Assembly: GCA_009859145.1 (NCBI GenBank)
Contig: VRVR01000002.1
Coordinates: 96,635 to 160,634 of the forward strand
Source of the DNA: Andalucia godoyi And28
Taxonomy: Eukaryota > Protista > Jakobida
DNA: 64,000 nucleotides
Direction: 5' to 3'
Every line of letters begins with the position of its first letter. The stretch's first letter is position 1. The notes beneath the pieces are model-generated. The model was not told the origin of the DNA. It saw only the letters and a program-made list of their open reading frames with translations, and ran no database searches. Made by a program: the position numbers and the translations under genes. Positions 10,980 to 22,968 of this stretch are shown one piece after another.

Positions 10980-12653
10980 TTACATGTCCTTGCTCTCCTT
11001 GACGTTCTGCAGAGTGGACTCTCCAGTGTATGTAAAGTCGTCAAAGTTGGGGTTTTCGTTTCTTTCACGAGACTCGCATACGGAGTCCGCTGCACGTTCG
11101 GATGTGAACTCAGTGTCAAAGTACTGGGCCTTTTCGGCGGCCGACTTTGACGGGACAAACGGAGCAGTGAGTTTCTTCGAAAGCATCGAGTCCCAGTTGA
11201 TCGCGGCAAAGAACGGATGTTGGCGGAGTTCTTCTCCATCGGAAGGGCCAGAGCCCGTTCGCTTTGCAGGGTCTCTGTCCAGAAGGCCTTTCAGCAGGGA
11301 TCGTGCAGAGGGTGAGACATAGTCGGGGAACTTGAGGGGTGCCCGGAGAATGAGCTCATACATTTCGTTGATGTTCTCAGAGTAGAAAGGAGGTAGACCC
11401 GTAAGCATCTCATACAAGAGGACGCCAAGCGACCACCAATCGACGGCCTTGTTGTGTCCCGAGCCAGTGAGAATCTCGGGTGCTAGGTACTCGGGTGTCC
11501 CACAGAACGTGTACGTGGGAGTCGAAGAGTTGAGTGCTACTTTTGCCAGACCGAAATCGGTGAGTGCAATGTGACCCATTTCATCCAGCACGATGTTCTC
11601 TGGCTTGAGATCTCTGTAGATGATGTTCGTCTTGTGAAGATGCTCGATTGCGAGTGCAATTTCTGCAGTGTAGAATCGAGCACGGTCTTCAGAAAACCGC
11701 CCCTCCCGCTTCAGGTGGAAAAAGAGCTCGCCGCCCGACAGATAGTCCAAAATCAGATACAACTTATCTTCCGTCTGGAACGCATATCGGAGATTCACAA
11801 TGAACGGATGGTTAATCATTTGCAGAATCGACTTCTCCATCTTAGTATGACCCACCATGTTTTCCTTGACAATCACGTCCTTCTTCAGCACCTTCATCGC
11901 ATAGATCTTTCCATCGTCCTTCTTGCGCACCTGCATCACCTTTCCGAATGAACCGCGGCCAATCACGCGCAGCAAATCAAAGTCCTCCACACCAATCTTC
12001 TTTGGCGCGGGAGCATTGCCAACCTGCATGGGAGTGCTTGTGGAGTTTCCGCTGCTCTTGGGCTTTGCATCCTCGTCGTCTTCATCGTCCTGGATCGCAA
12101 GATGTGCGTTTGGATCATCTGCAGCGATCTTCACTGCCTTGCGGATTGCCTCCATCCAATCCTCAATCTTCTCATCGCCGTCAACCATGATGTGGTACAC
12201 TCGCGGGAACGGTCCAGAAATCGTAAACCCGCCCTTCGTCTTTGTCTGGTCCTCGGGAGCCACGGAGCACCCCACAAGAGGAATCATACCAGCAGGCTTT
12301 GCATCCTTTGGAGACCGGAAATAGTACAGAAATCCGCCACGAAGCTCAAACCACCGCTTCTTGTACGACGTGAATCGACCGCCTTGTTTTTTTAACCAAC
12401 CACCCTTGTCTGCTGCGCCAGCTCGAGTCACAATCTGCAAGCCACACCACAAACCAAAGCAGAAAAACAACAAACAAAAACATTCAAAGGAATCGTAGTT
12501 TCCAGAATTGGAGGGAGATGGAGAAAAACATAATGAAGGAGGGAACAATCAACATTAGAACAAAAGGATTCCCAAAATCACAAACAGGCAAACAACGAAA
12601 GAAAAAAAAAAAGGAGGTGGTGACAAGCGAGATGTACATACCGTATCTGACAT
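10980..12653 (-). CDS. AKT: PH-domain AGC kinase (PKB/Akt-like), 2 exons
   Basis: Exon 1 12653-12642 (MSDT), intron 12641-12435 (GTATGT...CAG), exon 2 12434-10980. PH domain GWLKKQGG...KRWF; kinase motifs GRGSFGKV, YRDLKPEN, DFG, TFCGTPEYLAPE; C-terminal hydrophobic motif FDDFTY. Confidence 0.93.
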
Positions 12654-13504
12654 TTTTGAAAAAACAAGAAGCTTTAAACAACAACAGTAATAATAACAAC
12701 AACAACAATAAGAGCAACAATAATAACAAAATAAAAAGAGAGAAGACAACAGGGAAAGGCGGCAATCAAATGATCAAAAAAATAAAAAATTGGTAAAGAA
12801 GGCGCAAAAAAGAAACTCTGGGAGAAAAGTGATTTATTTATGCAAAGAGGTGGGGAAAAAAAGAGGGTGACATGGGGGATTGAGAAGATTGGGGTTGGGG
12901 GTGGGTAGGGGAAAAGAGTCAGGTTGAATGATGACTGTTGGGGAGGGGTGGGGGGCGATCAACCAACAGACCTTTTCATAATTTTTTTGTCTTTGCTATT
13001 TTTTTATATCTATATATTTTTCGGTGCGGGGTGAGCTGGGGAGAGAATGGGGAGGGGTTTCAAGCGCTCTTTGTCTTCTCTCCAAGGTTTTTGAGCCGAA
13101 AAGCCGGGGTTTTCCTTATACCCTTCTGTTGGAATCCTCGGGGATTCGGTTGCGGTCCGTGCAAAACTGGTTTCGTGAGGGTGCGTCCGTACACACACAG
13201 TCTGTGCAAGCATATTCAAGCAATATCCTCAGCTTTTGTGCCACTTTTGGTCGCACGGGAATCTTCCTTTTTTGGTTACTTGCAACAACTGTTTTTTTTT
13301 TTTTGCAATTCTTCCCATGCAATCGTTATTGTGCACTCGTGTGCCCCTGCCTATTTTTTTTTTACAGTTGTTTCGGGGAGGGGGCCTCCGTTAGTTTTTG
13401 TTCTTCTCGATCCATCCTTGTGTCGATTCTTCTTTGGATCCCTTTTCGTCTTGTGTTTCTTCTTCTTCTTCTTCTTGGTTTTTTTCAGCATCCGTAAAAA
13501 ATAA

Positions 13505-14253
13505 ATGCGCGGTTCTAAAAAGGGCAGGGAAGAAGACCTGGGGGATTTTGAAGGTGGTGCTCAGGGCGAGTCCACCGATGGACATGCTGCCGCTGCTGCT
13601 TCGAAACCGTCGTCCAAACCTGCATCGATGCCTTTTCGCAATTCAAAGCTCAAGACCAACGACGAGGTCATCGATTTGGCGTCTCGAGCACGAGAGCGCG
13701 CAAATGAATTGATGAAAAACATGACTCCGGAACAGAAAGAGCGCTTCGAAGCTGCTCGATTTTCGTTTCTTGATTTCACAACGGTGCGCAAAATCGCAGA
13801 AACTGTTGTCGGGTATGTATCCTTTGATCCTCCGCTCCTCGCTTCTTCCATATGCTCAAAACACACCGTGTTCCTGTTGCAGATCTCAGACCCGCGCACT
13901 AACGATAGCCTTTTTCATTTTCCATATGAATGCTGGCCTTTCTGCTTTCGTTTTTTAAAACTCTCTCTTTTTTTTTTTAAATGTAATTTTATTTCCATTA
14001 TTATTTTGATGATTCAAAACCGTGGAACATCAACAACAGAGAAAAGATTAATGATGATGTTGCAATGGCAATTGCAGGTGTTGCAAAATTGTATCTTGGC
14101 GATTTGATTGAACAGGCGCTTGAGGAACAAGAAGCAATCGCGGAAGAAGGCCCCCTTTCTCCGGATGACGTTCGCGAAGCTTGGAAATCACTGCATCGAC
14201 AAGGGCGCATCATCACCGAATTTCCTCGTCCTGCTCAGCGCTTCCGGAGATGA
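13505..14253 (+). CDS. TAF11: TFIID subunit 11, 2 exons
   Basis: join(13505-13812,14040-14253), 173 aa, intron GTATGT...CAG. Splicing gives ETVVGEKINDDVAMAIAGVAKLYLGDLIEQA...GPLSPDDVREA, the TAFII28 histone fold. Confidence 0.88.
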
Positions 14254-14397
14254 TGATGTTACAGGGTATGCTGCAGGAGTGAGTATCACGAAGGGATGTG
14301 TGCAACTTACATTTATTTGTTTTTTGTTTTTTGTTGAAGGGGTCGTCTGTTTTTGCAGCTCGTTTTGGAGAGAATGTTGGAATTCGTTTGTGTTTTG

Positions 14398-17300
14398 TTA
14401 TTTTCCAGCATGCTTGATTGCGACGACGGGCCGATTCACTGGGGTAATTGGTCGTGACGGTGGCTGCGTAAGAAATGTGTCCGTCGTCATGACCACGTTC
14501 GGAACATAGTCGATCGTCAGCATAGGGGACTGCATTTGAATTGGGGACATCGAAGACATTGACATTGCTTTGGGAGGGCTTTCAAACGATGAACCGGATA
14601 CGTCCGCGGCCGCTTTTCGAACGATTTCGACTGCGATTCCTGCGGATGAACGCCGGCCGGGGGATGGCAGCGGTTTCGACTGTCTTGGAGATGGAGAATC
14701 GCGGTTTTGAAGGATCTTTGCGAATGATCTTTGAAGTTTTTCTTCTTGAACTCGCTGGATTCCGGATAATGCGCTTGATCGTCGGGCCTCTCGTTCCCGA
14801 GTCATCACTTCTTCGATCCGAGTGAGTGGCGTGAACTTCCCATTGACGTGCTGTGGTGCTGCAGTTGCTTGCAACTGGCTCTGTTGAAGCTGGGCAAGTT
14901 CGTTGCGGAGATAATCTTCTTGCTGCATGCGATTTTGTGCCAGAGCAGAGATGACGCTTAGATGGGAAGACGCAGAGGACGGCCGATCTCGGACTGTCGG
15001 GGGGCTGGACGCAGCACCAAGAGAGTTGCGGCTTGCAGATTGCGGGCGATCCTTGTTGCCGACTGACGGCGAGCTTCGAAAGGAGTCCCCTCGTCCGCTG
15101 GCTGTGGATGGTCGCGTCGAGTTTGGCGTCGAGTACGCTTCAAAACTCTGCCGCGCAGACCGCCGAAATTCCGCATCATCCTCGTCGGCCCAGCTGCCAA
15201 TCACGGCTTCACGCTTGTTGCTGCCCGTGGCCTGGTACGGGAACGTCGCATCGTCCACAGAAAAGGGCCCATCTCTTGGTGTATTGTCTTTCGATCGTCG
15301 TGTGGACTGACTTCCCGCAGGAATGATCAGGCCGGGCCGGAATTCGTCGAGTGCAATCGGCGTCATCATTCCGGGATACATATTTTCAGTGCTGATGTTG
15401 ATCGTGTGTCCGAGATTCTGTTTTTGGAATTGAAGCATCCGTTCGAGAGACGAGCGCACGGCGCGATAGTACGGGGAGGTTTCGTCAGCGTGTGCAAGAC
15501 GTTCGAGAAGCTCAAATCCCCGGTGTTGCTGAATCAGATACAGTTCTTCTGAACTCAACGACACAAGCATGTCGACGTCGTAGCCTTGACTCCGCAGATC
15601 ATCAATCAATGCTTCTTTGGAAATGTTGGTGCCCTTCCCAGACGACGGGCGGCTAGCAGGTCCGTGGGGGTTTTTTGCAGACGACGGCCGGATGCTGCTC
15701 GCGCTACAATGGGACTCCAGGGACAGCGAGCTTTCGCGGTGTGTCAGCATCAATGCTCCCGATTGTTCAACTTCTTCCTCGACCCAATCAAGATACGAAT
15801 CCATGATTTCTGCTGGGAATCCCGCTTCTCCCGTAAAATCCATCCCAAGAGACGATCTGCTTGATAGGATCGTTTCTTCAAACGCAACCATCTGAGCTTC
15901 CTTGGACCCTTCGGCAACAGCACGGGCAATCTTCTCCGGCACCGGTCCGCGTGAGAATTGTCGCCACATTGCGAGCTTGAAATTCAAGCTGTTCCACGCA
16001 GTCTGGGAGCCAACACTCGTAGAAAACAAGGGCGGCATGGGCGGCAACAGCCCATCGGGCAGCTCAACGGATTCAGTCTGCAGCTTGACCGACTTCGAGT
16101 CAACTAGGCTGGTCGGGTCCGTCTGCGAAAGCTTGTGTGCCACTGAAATGGGAACCTTCACAACAATCGTGCTTCTCGATTCTGCTTCGGGACTTCGCAG
16201 ATTCTGGCCGGAGTTCCGTCGAGACACGTCTTTGGACGCCTGCAGCAATGAAGTGCTGCTTTTGCGAGACAAGGGAGAACTGCCACTGGAACTGACGGCA
16301 GGAATATTGACAATCTCTGCTTTCTTCTGCTGCTCCTTTTCACTCGGGACGGGTGACATGCGCCGGGCATTCTTCACTTTCTTGGCAAGCTTTTCGAGCG
16401 TGGTTGGGGATTCTCTGGACGGGCTCGGGGTGGATACCGTGGCAGAGCGTGCACGACCAGCCGGTTTCTTGTGAGCGGTTCTTGGACGCACAGAGTCTCC
16501 TCCTCCAAGATCAGTTCGGGTTGCCGAGCTATGAGGAGAAGTCGTTTCCGACACAATCGAAGACTCCGTATCCACAGACAAGTGCTTCTTGTGCGATGAA
16601 GATCGCATCCCTTTCTTGCCGGCACTGGCTGCCGCTGGCGAATACGACGAGCCCAAATCGTCGTCCGAAGACTGTGACATGCGGCTGTGCGATCTCTGAG
16701 ACACATCAAGAGTCTGGATGATGGAGAGGTCATGTACATGCAGATTGCTGGAGGACAATCCGCGTCTCAGCATTGAATCCTGCTCGTCACGCATTCGCTT
16801 TCGTTCCTCCTCCAGTTTCAGCTTCTCCTCTTCTATCGCCATCATTTCTCGCTGGAACAGGTACTGGATATCGAATTTTTCCATTTGCGAGGAATTTTTC
16901 ACATAGTCCAGATCCATCATGCTTGTCTTGATATCTCGCATGACGTCTTCTACCTCATCTTTTTCCTCAATCGCCTTGGCAAGCTGCGCCCGCAACGATC
17001 GAATTTCGTCATCCTGCATGTTAATTCGATGTTTCAGATCTTCCTCAGATAAGGAGCTGAGCGTCTGCGCCAGCTTTTCTTCTGCATACGCAAGTTGTTT
17101 TCTAGTCAATTCGAGCTTTTCTGACAGCGTCTGGTTGTCCTGATCCTTGTTCGTCGTTGCGCTCTCCAATTCCATCTGTACGCGCGTGAGGCGGAACTCG
17201 TACTTCTCCACGACCTTTCGCAAGACTTCCGAGGAAACCATGTCCTTCTTCGTGTTCTCCGTCACTTCGTGGTCAAGAATCGTCTTTTCGAATTCGGTTT

Positions 17301-17970
17301 GCCAGTTCAGCAGCGAGATAATGTCTTGATGCAGGTCGGCGGAACTGTGCGCAAACTCTGTCGCATATTCAATTCGTTTGGTCAATCGAGCTCTCAACGC
17401 AACCAGTTCCTTGTACAGCGATTCTCTCAATCGATCAATCGTCTTTCCACGAGCCTCCAATTTTTTCTCGAGCGATGTAACCGACTTGCGTAGAATCGAA
17501 GTGTCCTTGTGCAGCATCAGGCATGTTTTCTGCAAGAATGCAAAGTGTTCCTCGCTCTTTTGCAGCTTTGTTATGGACTGACGCATGTCTTCGCTCATTT
17601 CAACTGCAGAGAGGTTCGTATACAGTCCTTGTGTGAATGAATCTATGATAGGATTGATAATTCCGAGCAGATGGTCAATGTGCTCATTGACATTCGATTG
17701 TGAATGGTCCTTCAGTCTCGACATCCCAATGTCTTGTTCATCATTGAACTTGCGAATGTCTTCCAGCATGTCTTGAAAGTTCTCCTTGTCGCCAGGATCT
17801 ACAATCGTGCCTCCAATCAACTTGTAGACAATTCCTCGGAGTGCACTGCGGAGCCTGTCGTCCAGAACCAACGGGAGCATATGCAGTGGCACCACGATCC
17901 CAGATGCCAGAATAATTCCGGGCTGCATTCCAACAGTTGTTGAAAGCATCGAAACCGGTGAACTCGACAT
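14398..17970 (-). CDS. Large coiled-coil / Ser-Arg-Pro-rich protein, function unknown
   Basis: About 1190-aa uninterrupted ORF from MSSSPVSM. The N-terminal third is coiled coil; the remainder is low-complexity with repeated RPx(S/T)A motifs. Confidence 0.75.
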   Translation of the reverse strand: MSSSPVSMLSTTVGMQPGIILASGIVVPLHMLPLVLDDRLRSALRGIVYKLIGGTIVDPGDKENFQDMLEDIRKFNDEQDIGMSRLKDHSQSNVNEHIDHLLGIINPIIDSFTQGLYTNLSAVEMSEDMRQSITKLQKSEEHFAFLQKTCLMLHKDTSILRKSVTSLEKKLEARGKTIDRLRESLYKELVALRARLTKRIEYATEFAHSSADLHQDIISLLNWQTEFEKTILDHEVTENTKKDMVSSEVLRKVVEKYEFRLTRVQMELESATTNKDQDNQTLSEKLELTRKQLAYAEEKLAQTLSSLSEEDLKHRINMQDDEIRSLRAQLAKAIEEKDEVEDVMRDIKTSMMDLDYVKNSSQMEKFDIQYLFQREMMAIEEEKLKLEEERKRMRDEQDSMLRRGLSSSNLHVHDLSIIQTLDVSQRSHSRMSQSSDDDLGSSYSPAAASAGKKGMRSSSHKKHLSVDTESSIVSETTSPHSSATRTDLGGGDSVRPRTAHKKPAGRARSATVSTPSPSRESPTTLEKLAKKVKNARRMSPVPSEKEQQKKAEIVNIPAVSSSGSSPLSRKSSTSLLQASKDVSRRNSGQNLRSPEAESRSTIVVKVPISVAHKLSQTDPTSLVDSKSVKLQTESVELPDGLLPPMPPLFSTSVGSQTAWNSLNFKLAMWRQFSRGPVPEKIARAVAEGSKEAQMVAFEETILSSRSSLGMDFTGEAGFPAEIMDSYLDWVEEEVEQSGALMLTHRESSLSLESHCSASSIRPSSAKNPHGPASRPSSGKGTNISKEALIDDLRSQGYDVDMLVSLSSEELYLIQQHRGFELLERLAHADETSPYYRAVRSSLERMLQFQKQNLGHTINISTENMYPGMMTPIALDEFRPGLIIPAGSQSTRRSKDNTPRDGPFSVDDATFPYQATGSNKREAVIGSWADEDDAEFRRSARQSFEAYSTPNSTRPSTASGRGDSFRSSPSVGNKDRPQSASRNSLGAASSPPTVRDRPSSASSHLSVISALAQNRMQQEDYLRNELAQLQQSQLQATAAPQHVNGKFTPLTRIEEVMTREREARRSSALSGIQRVQEEKLQRSFAKILQNRDSPSPRQSKPLPSPGRRSSAGIAVEIVRKAAADVSGSSFESPPKAMSMSSMSPIQMQSPMLTIDYVPNVVMTTDTFLTQPPSRPITPVNRPVVAIKHAGK

Positions 17971-18569
17971 CTCGACGAGAAGGAGAGACGGGAAAATGGT
18001 TTCCTTCCAGCAACAGAAAAAGAAGACGGAGAGAAATAAAGGAAAGGGAGAGAAATACAAAACACTGATTGGAAGAAACAGCCAATACGAAAAATGCAGA
18101 ATCCAATATAGAGGTTAGAATTCCACAATATGCAGCACACAGTATTTTTATATTGTCAGTAGGACGTGCCAAATAGTGTTGCTTTCTTCTTCTTTGGGGG
18201 GAGGGGGGAGGGGAAGAGGCTGGTGAGCAAAAAATCATTAACGACCCGTTTTTCGGTGGACCTTGCAAACGAATGAGAATCTCTCTTTTGTCGCCTGATA
18301 AGCCAGAAGACAGATCCTCAAAAGAGGCGTTGTGGACGAACAGAGAACAGCTCTGACAGGATTTCTGTCTGACAGTTCGTTCTGCTCGCATGCATCAAAC
18401 AACAGGAAAAAAGAAGGGAAGTCCCGATCTGCGTACTGCGCAACAACTGCCAAACAAGCGACGGCCAGTAGCACTGGGGCGACGACGACGATGACAATTT
18501 ACAGGAAAGGGACGGAATGTGATTATTTGTTGGTTGGTTGATTGGTTGGTGTTATTTATTGAGTGAACG

Positions 18570-20491
18570 TCAAGAAGCACGAAGGGATATCGAGTCTGCG
18601 CTTCGGCTCAGAGACAGTCTTCTGTGATTTGGCAGTTGCAACTGGGAGGCCGACTTGTTTCTCGCCTGCCTCTTAATCTCTGCCGAACTGAGAGAATCAA
18701 CTCCGCTGCTGCTTGCATTGTCGAAAGAAATGTCCTTGATGAACCGGAGTTTTTGATACATTGGCAAAAACCGCGAATCGTGCGCACTGAAAACAGTGTT
18801 TTCATGGAACGCATTGAGAAGCGACTCTCGCTGTTCGCCTGGCTGGACAGAGTCTGCCAGCAAGATGATCGCAACGAGCTGTCGAAGCCCGATCAGCGGG
18901 TGCGTCTCTTCGTTCCAGATGTGAATGGCAGATGCCAGCGCAACGTGCAGAGCCTTTTGTACATCCTTTTTCGTGATGCTGCCACTGCAGCCGTTGAAGC
19001 CGTTGCTGTCAGTGTTGTTTTTCTTCTTCTTCTTCGAGTCGAAGGCGAGGTTGCAAGCATGTAGCCACGCAACCACATTATGCAGCATCACAGTATTGTA
19101 GAATCGAACGAGACGGTGAATGATCCACGGAGTGTGAAATAAGTGCATCGTCGACATTGCGATCTCAAACATCTTCCAAAACGAATGATGATGAGCAGAT
19201 GAGAGCCGTGAGCTGGCATTGATGTGGTCACGGCTTTTTGAGGTGTTGAGAGTAGCGAGTAAATTGGAAAACGCAGTCAGGAACGATCGATGAAGACCGA
19301 CCATGTCAGTGCCGAAGTCGCACGCAATGCCCTTGGTGAGGATGCCATCGGCGACCTTCAAGAGAAGCACGTGCAGCGCGGAAACGTTAAACTGGTTTAT
19401 GGAGGCGGAGATCAGATCAAGCGCTCGCACCCATCTGGATTGCACGGAAAAGGATGCCGGGGTTTGAGAGAATACGCGGGCGAGTGCCTCGATGTAACGC
19501 GGAGAACCGCTATTCGCATCGTACTCGGAAAGACCAAACGAGCTCAGCGCATCCTTCCGGGCAAAGCATCGACGCTCGGGGTTGACGAACAGCGGCTGGA
19601 AATTCTCTTCGGAACGCGCACCAAGACTGTGACCAATGAACTGGCACGGAATTTTTGCAAGTAGTGCCATTTCACGAACGGTGCTGATGCCAGTCCACGA
19701 CTCATCGAGATCAGCAAACATGGACGTGAGCGTGTTGATTTGCAAGTTCACTCTCGGGTCGAAGGACTTTGCTGCGTCATCGAGACCCTTTCTTCGGTAA
19801 TAGCACAAAACAAGATGCAAGAACGGTCGACTGAGGCAGCCCAAGGGTGATCGCAACAGCCGAGAAGGGAGGTGCAAGATTTCTTCTTCCAATCCCTCTC
19901 CGACCAGAAACTTCAGGCAAGTATCGGTAAAATGGTTGCAGTTCTGTCGGAAAATGTTGTAGTTGGCAGACGAAAAGCGTTCCTTTTCAATGGCGACGAG
20001 GAATTGCGCAAACTCGAGAGGTGTCCGAGTGCATCTTCCAGCGTCAATCGATCGACACGGCGTTCCATACGCAGTACACCCCTTTCCACAAAAAACAGCA
20101 AGAAAGAAAGAAAAAGAAAGAAAAAAAAGAGAAAAAAGAAAAAAACACGTAAGCACTCGTGCACTTAGCAGATGTTGAAGATGACAACAGACCGTGGCTG
20201 CAAAACATATATGTGAAAGAAAAAGACAAAATGAAAAAAACATACGGCTCGCTCTGCAATGACTCCTGCTCCAAAGTAGTACTCTACGGGTCCAATTTCC
20301 CCACCCCAGTCCACAACGACTCCGGTGTGCCAGATGCCCTTCATCTTCATGAGCGGCGACGAAAACTTTTTAGCTCGTCCATTCGAGAGGTCGTACAAGT
20401 GGACGCTCACTGCCGCCGTCGTCGTCGTTGGCGAATGGAACGGATCTGCAGGTATAGGTGATGAACACGGTAATCGATCTTGCGAATTCAT
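18570..20491 (-). CDS. DESI1: PPPDE/DeSI-family peptidase with long helical (PUL-like) C-terminus, 2 exons
   Basis: Exon 1 20491-20246 (VHLYDLS...GIWHTGVV...EYYFGAG), intron 20245-20082 (GTATGT...AAG), exon 2 20081-18570 (GCTAYGTP...YNIFRQNCNHF). The catalytic His and Cys are intact. Confidence 0.85.
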
Positions 20492-21048
20492 TGAGCTGCG
20501 TCGCATCGTTCTTCTCTTGTCGTTCTTCGGCGTACGTATCTAAATTACCTTTTTTTTCTCCTTCTTCTTTGTCTTCCGTTTTAAGCAGTAATTACTCATG
20601 GTTGAATCACCAAATTTCAAGAGTGAGGCGGCAGATTTCTCTTCACCCATCCCGCTCCCCTTCTCCGTTCGCATCTGGCTGCGTTTCAACGTGCGAAACA
20701 GTTGCCGTGCACTGGCTGCATCTTGCTCTTCTACAAGACTTCCAGTCCTTTCCGTTATCCTCCTCCCAGCTTCCGTAGACAGCAGCAGATTCCCAGGACC
20801 GAGCAAGCGACGGCAGGAGTCTACGACAGCTGTCAGGTGTCAACACATGAACCTGCACCACCTGCTGTAACCCCACGAACTCGCAGAACTCGAAGAAAGG
20901 GTGTGTCGTCACCGATCGAATCGTAATAAAGCTTGCTTTTTAAAAAATATGTATAATGGTCCTTTTTACGTATGTTTCGTTGACGTACTTTTGCTGGTTC
21001 CATTGATCGGTTGCTACTCGAGCTTGCTGGTAACATAGACACCAAAGG

Positions 21049-22914
21049 ATGCGGAAGACGTCTCCTGGTCCTGGGTCCGTTCGGCGCCGTTCAAAAGGCG
21101 GTGGAGAGGCCCATTTTACAAGCTCGTCGACCACAACACCCTTTTCCAACACCGGTGCTCATGGATCTTCAACGACTGGTTTTTCTTCTTCTACTACTCC
21201 TACTTCCTCTTCTTCATTCAAAGGTGCAGTTCCCCTTCTTTCATCTCCGGTGCTCAGTTCTATGAACTATTCCCAAAGTGGTGTTGTCGGGCAAGGCTTG
21301 ATGGCGGCGGCGCCCACGGCTCGGCTGCGAAGAGACTTTGAACGATCGAAATCGTTCGATCCGTACGATCTGGCGCATGTTGGACCGGATTTCGAGTGGG
21401 AAAAGCTTTCTTCGCGATGGCACTCGCATCACTCGTCTTCGAAACGGATCAAGAATACCGCGGACCTGTCGGAATCCGAGTCGTTGTCATCGCTGTCGTC
21501 CATGGCATCGAGTCCGACACCGGCGAATGGGGATCATTCTTCTTTTTCGGAGCTGAACAATGCAAAGCTGAGCAGCAGTGGTGAAGCCACTGTCAGCGAC
21601 AACAAGCATCACAAGGGGCATTCTGTGCTGCAGCACCATACCTCAACGCTCGAGTTTGCGGATCGAGCATCGTTGCTGGATTCTGATGTCCCAGAACATT
21701 CGTTCCGTGGACTTGTGAACCTTGCCATCTTGCTGTTGGTTCTTTCGAACGCTCGGCTTGTGATTGATAACATCCTAAAGTACGGACTGCTGGTGAACTT
21801 TTCCAACATGTTTGCATCGTTTGTGGGCGATCCGTATTCTTGGCCTTCCGTTTCTCTTTCGTTGTTCTTCCTGGTATTTATTGCGTGCGCATATGTTTTG
21901 GAGAGGAATATTTCTTCCAGACAAATCAAAGAAAGTCGGGGAAGGAAGTTTCACTTTGCAAATCTCGTGGGGACCATCGTCATTCCTATCATCGTTATTC
22001 ACCTGACCAACCCGCATCCCATTGGTGGACTCGTCAACATGATGATTTCCTCGATTTTGTTTCTAAAGTTGTATTCGTACGTCATGGTGAATTCGGAGGA
22101 GCGCGAGAAGGTTTGGAAGAAGATAGATAAGAAACCTGCGGTTGATCGGTCAGTGGTTCTCTACCCCCATAATATCAATCTGAAGGATTTGACCTACTTC
22201 ATGTGTGTTCCAACGTTGGTGTATGATCTGAACTATCCGCGCACCGACAAGATACGAGTGACATACGTTGTCAAGTGCTTGCTCAAGTTCGTGCTGATCT
22301 GGGCGGTAATTATCACTCTGGTGGAGCAGTACATGGTCCCAATCGTCAGGAACTCCATGGAGCCGTTCGACATGAATGATTTTACGCGAATCACGGAACG
22401 TGTTCTGAAGCTTGCCGTGCCAAACCTGTACGTTTGGCTGCTTGGATTTTACGCCTTTTTCCATGTATACTTGAACATGATGGCAGAGCTCTTTTGCTTT
22501 GCAGATCGGCGTTTCTATTCAGACTGGTGGAACTCCAATTCTCTCGACTACTTCTGGAGGAACTGGAATATTCCTGTGCATGTGTGGATGGTCCGCCATG
22601 TGTATCTTCCTTTGTGCAAGAACTGGGGCTGGGGCCGATTTGCGGCGTCCATGGCCATTTTTGCGATTTCTGGATTTTTCCATGAGATCATTGTGTCTGT
22701 TCCATTTGGAATGGTGAAGCTGTGGGCCTTCTTTGGCATGATGGCACAGATCCCTCTTGCGTTTGCAACACGCTCTCTGACTCGCCATCGTCATTGGGGC
22801 AATGTTATTTTCTGGATCAGCATTTTATGCGGTCAGCCTCTCTTGATCTTGTTTTATTATCGCCAATATTATCTGGATCATAATCGCGACGTGTTACTGA
22901 ATGGCTCCATCTAG
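21049..22914 (+). CDS. DGAT1: Diacylglycerol O-acyltransferase 1 (MBOAT family)
   Basis: 621 aa with many TM helices. Motifs FRGLVNL...NARLVIDNILKYG, PTLVYDLNYPRT, FADRRFYSDWWNS, WNIPVHVW and the catalytic FFHE are present. Confidence 0.92.
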   Translation: MRKTSPGPGSVRRRSKGGGEAHFTSSSTTTPFSNTGAHGSSTTGFSSSTTPTSSSSFKGAVPLLSSPVLSSMNYSQSGVVGQGLMAAAPTARLRRDFERSKSFDPYDLAHVGPDFEWEKLSSRWHSHHSSSKRIKNTADLSESESLSSLSSMASSPTPANGDHSSFSELNNAKLSSSGEATVSDNKHHKGHSVLQHHTSTLEFADRASLLDSDVPEHSFRGLVNLAILLLVLSNARLVIDNILKYGLLVNFSNMFASFVGDPYSWPSVSLSLFFLVFIACAYVLERNISSRQIKESRGRKFHFANLVGTIVIPIIVIHLTNPHPIGGLVNMMISSILFLKLYSYVMVNSEEREKVWKKIDKKPAVDRSVVLYPHNINLKDLTYFMCVPTLVYDLNYPRTDKIRVTYVVKCLLKFVLIWAVIITLVEQYMVPIVRNSMEPFDMNDFTRITERVLKLAVPNLYVWLLGFYAFFHVYLNMMAELFCFADRRFYSDWWNSNSLDYFWRNWNIPVHVWMVRHVYLPLCKNWGWGRFAASMAIFAISGFFHEIIVSVPFGMVKLWAFFGMMAQIPLAFATRSLTRHRHWGNVIFWISILCGQPLLILFYYRQYYLDHNRDVLLNGSI

Positions 22915-22968
22915 TTTGTAAATGCCCCACAACGGATTCTTCCTCCCTCTTCTTGCCTTGTCGATTCC

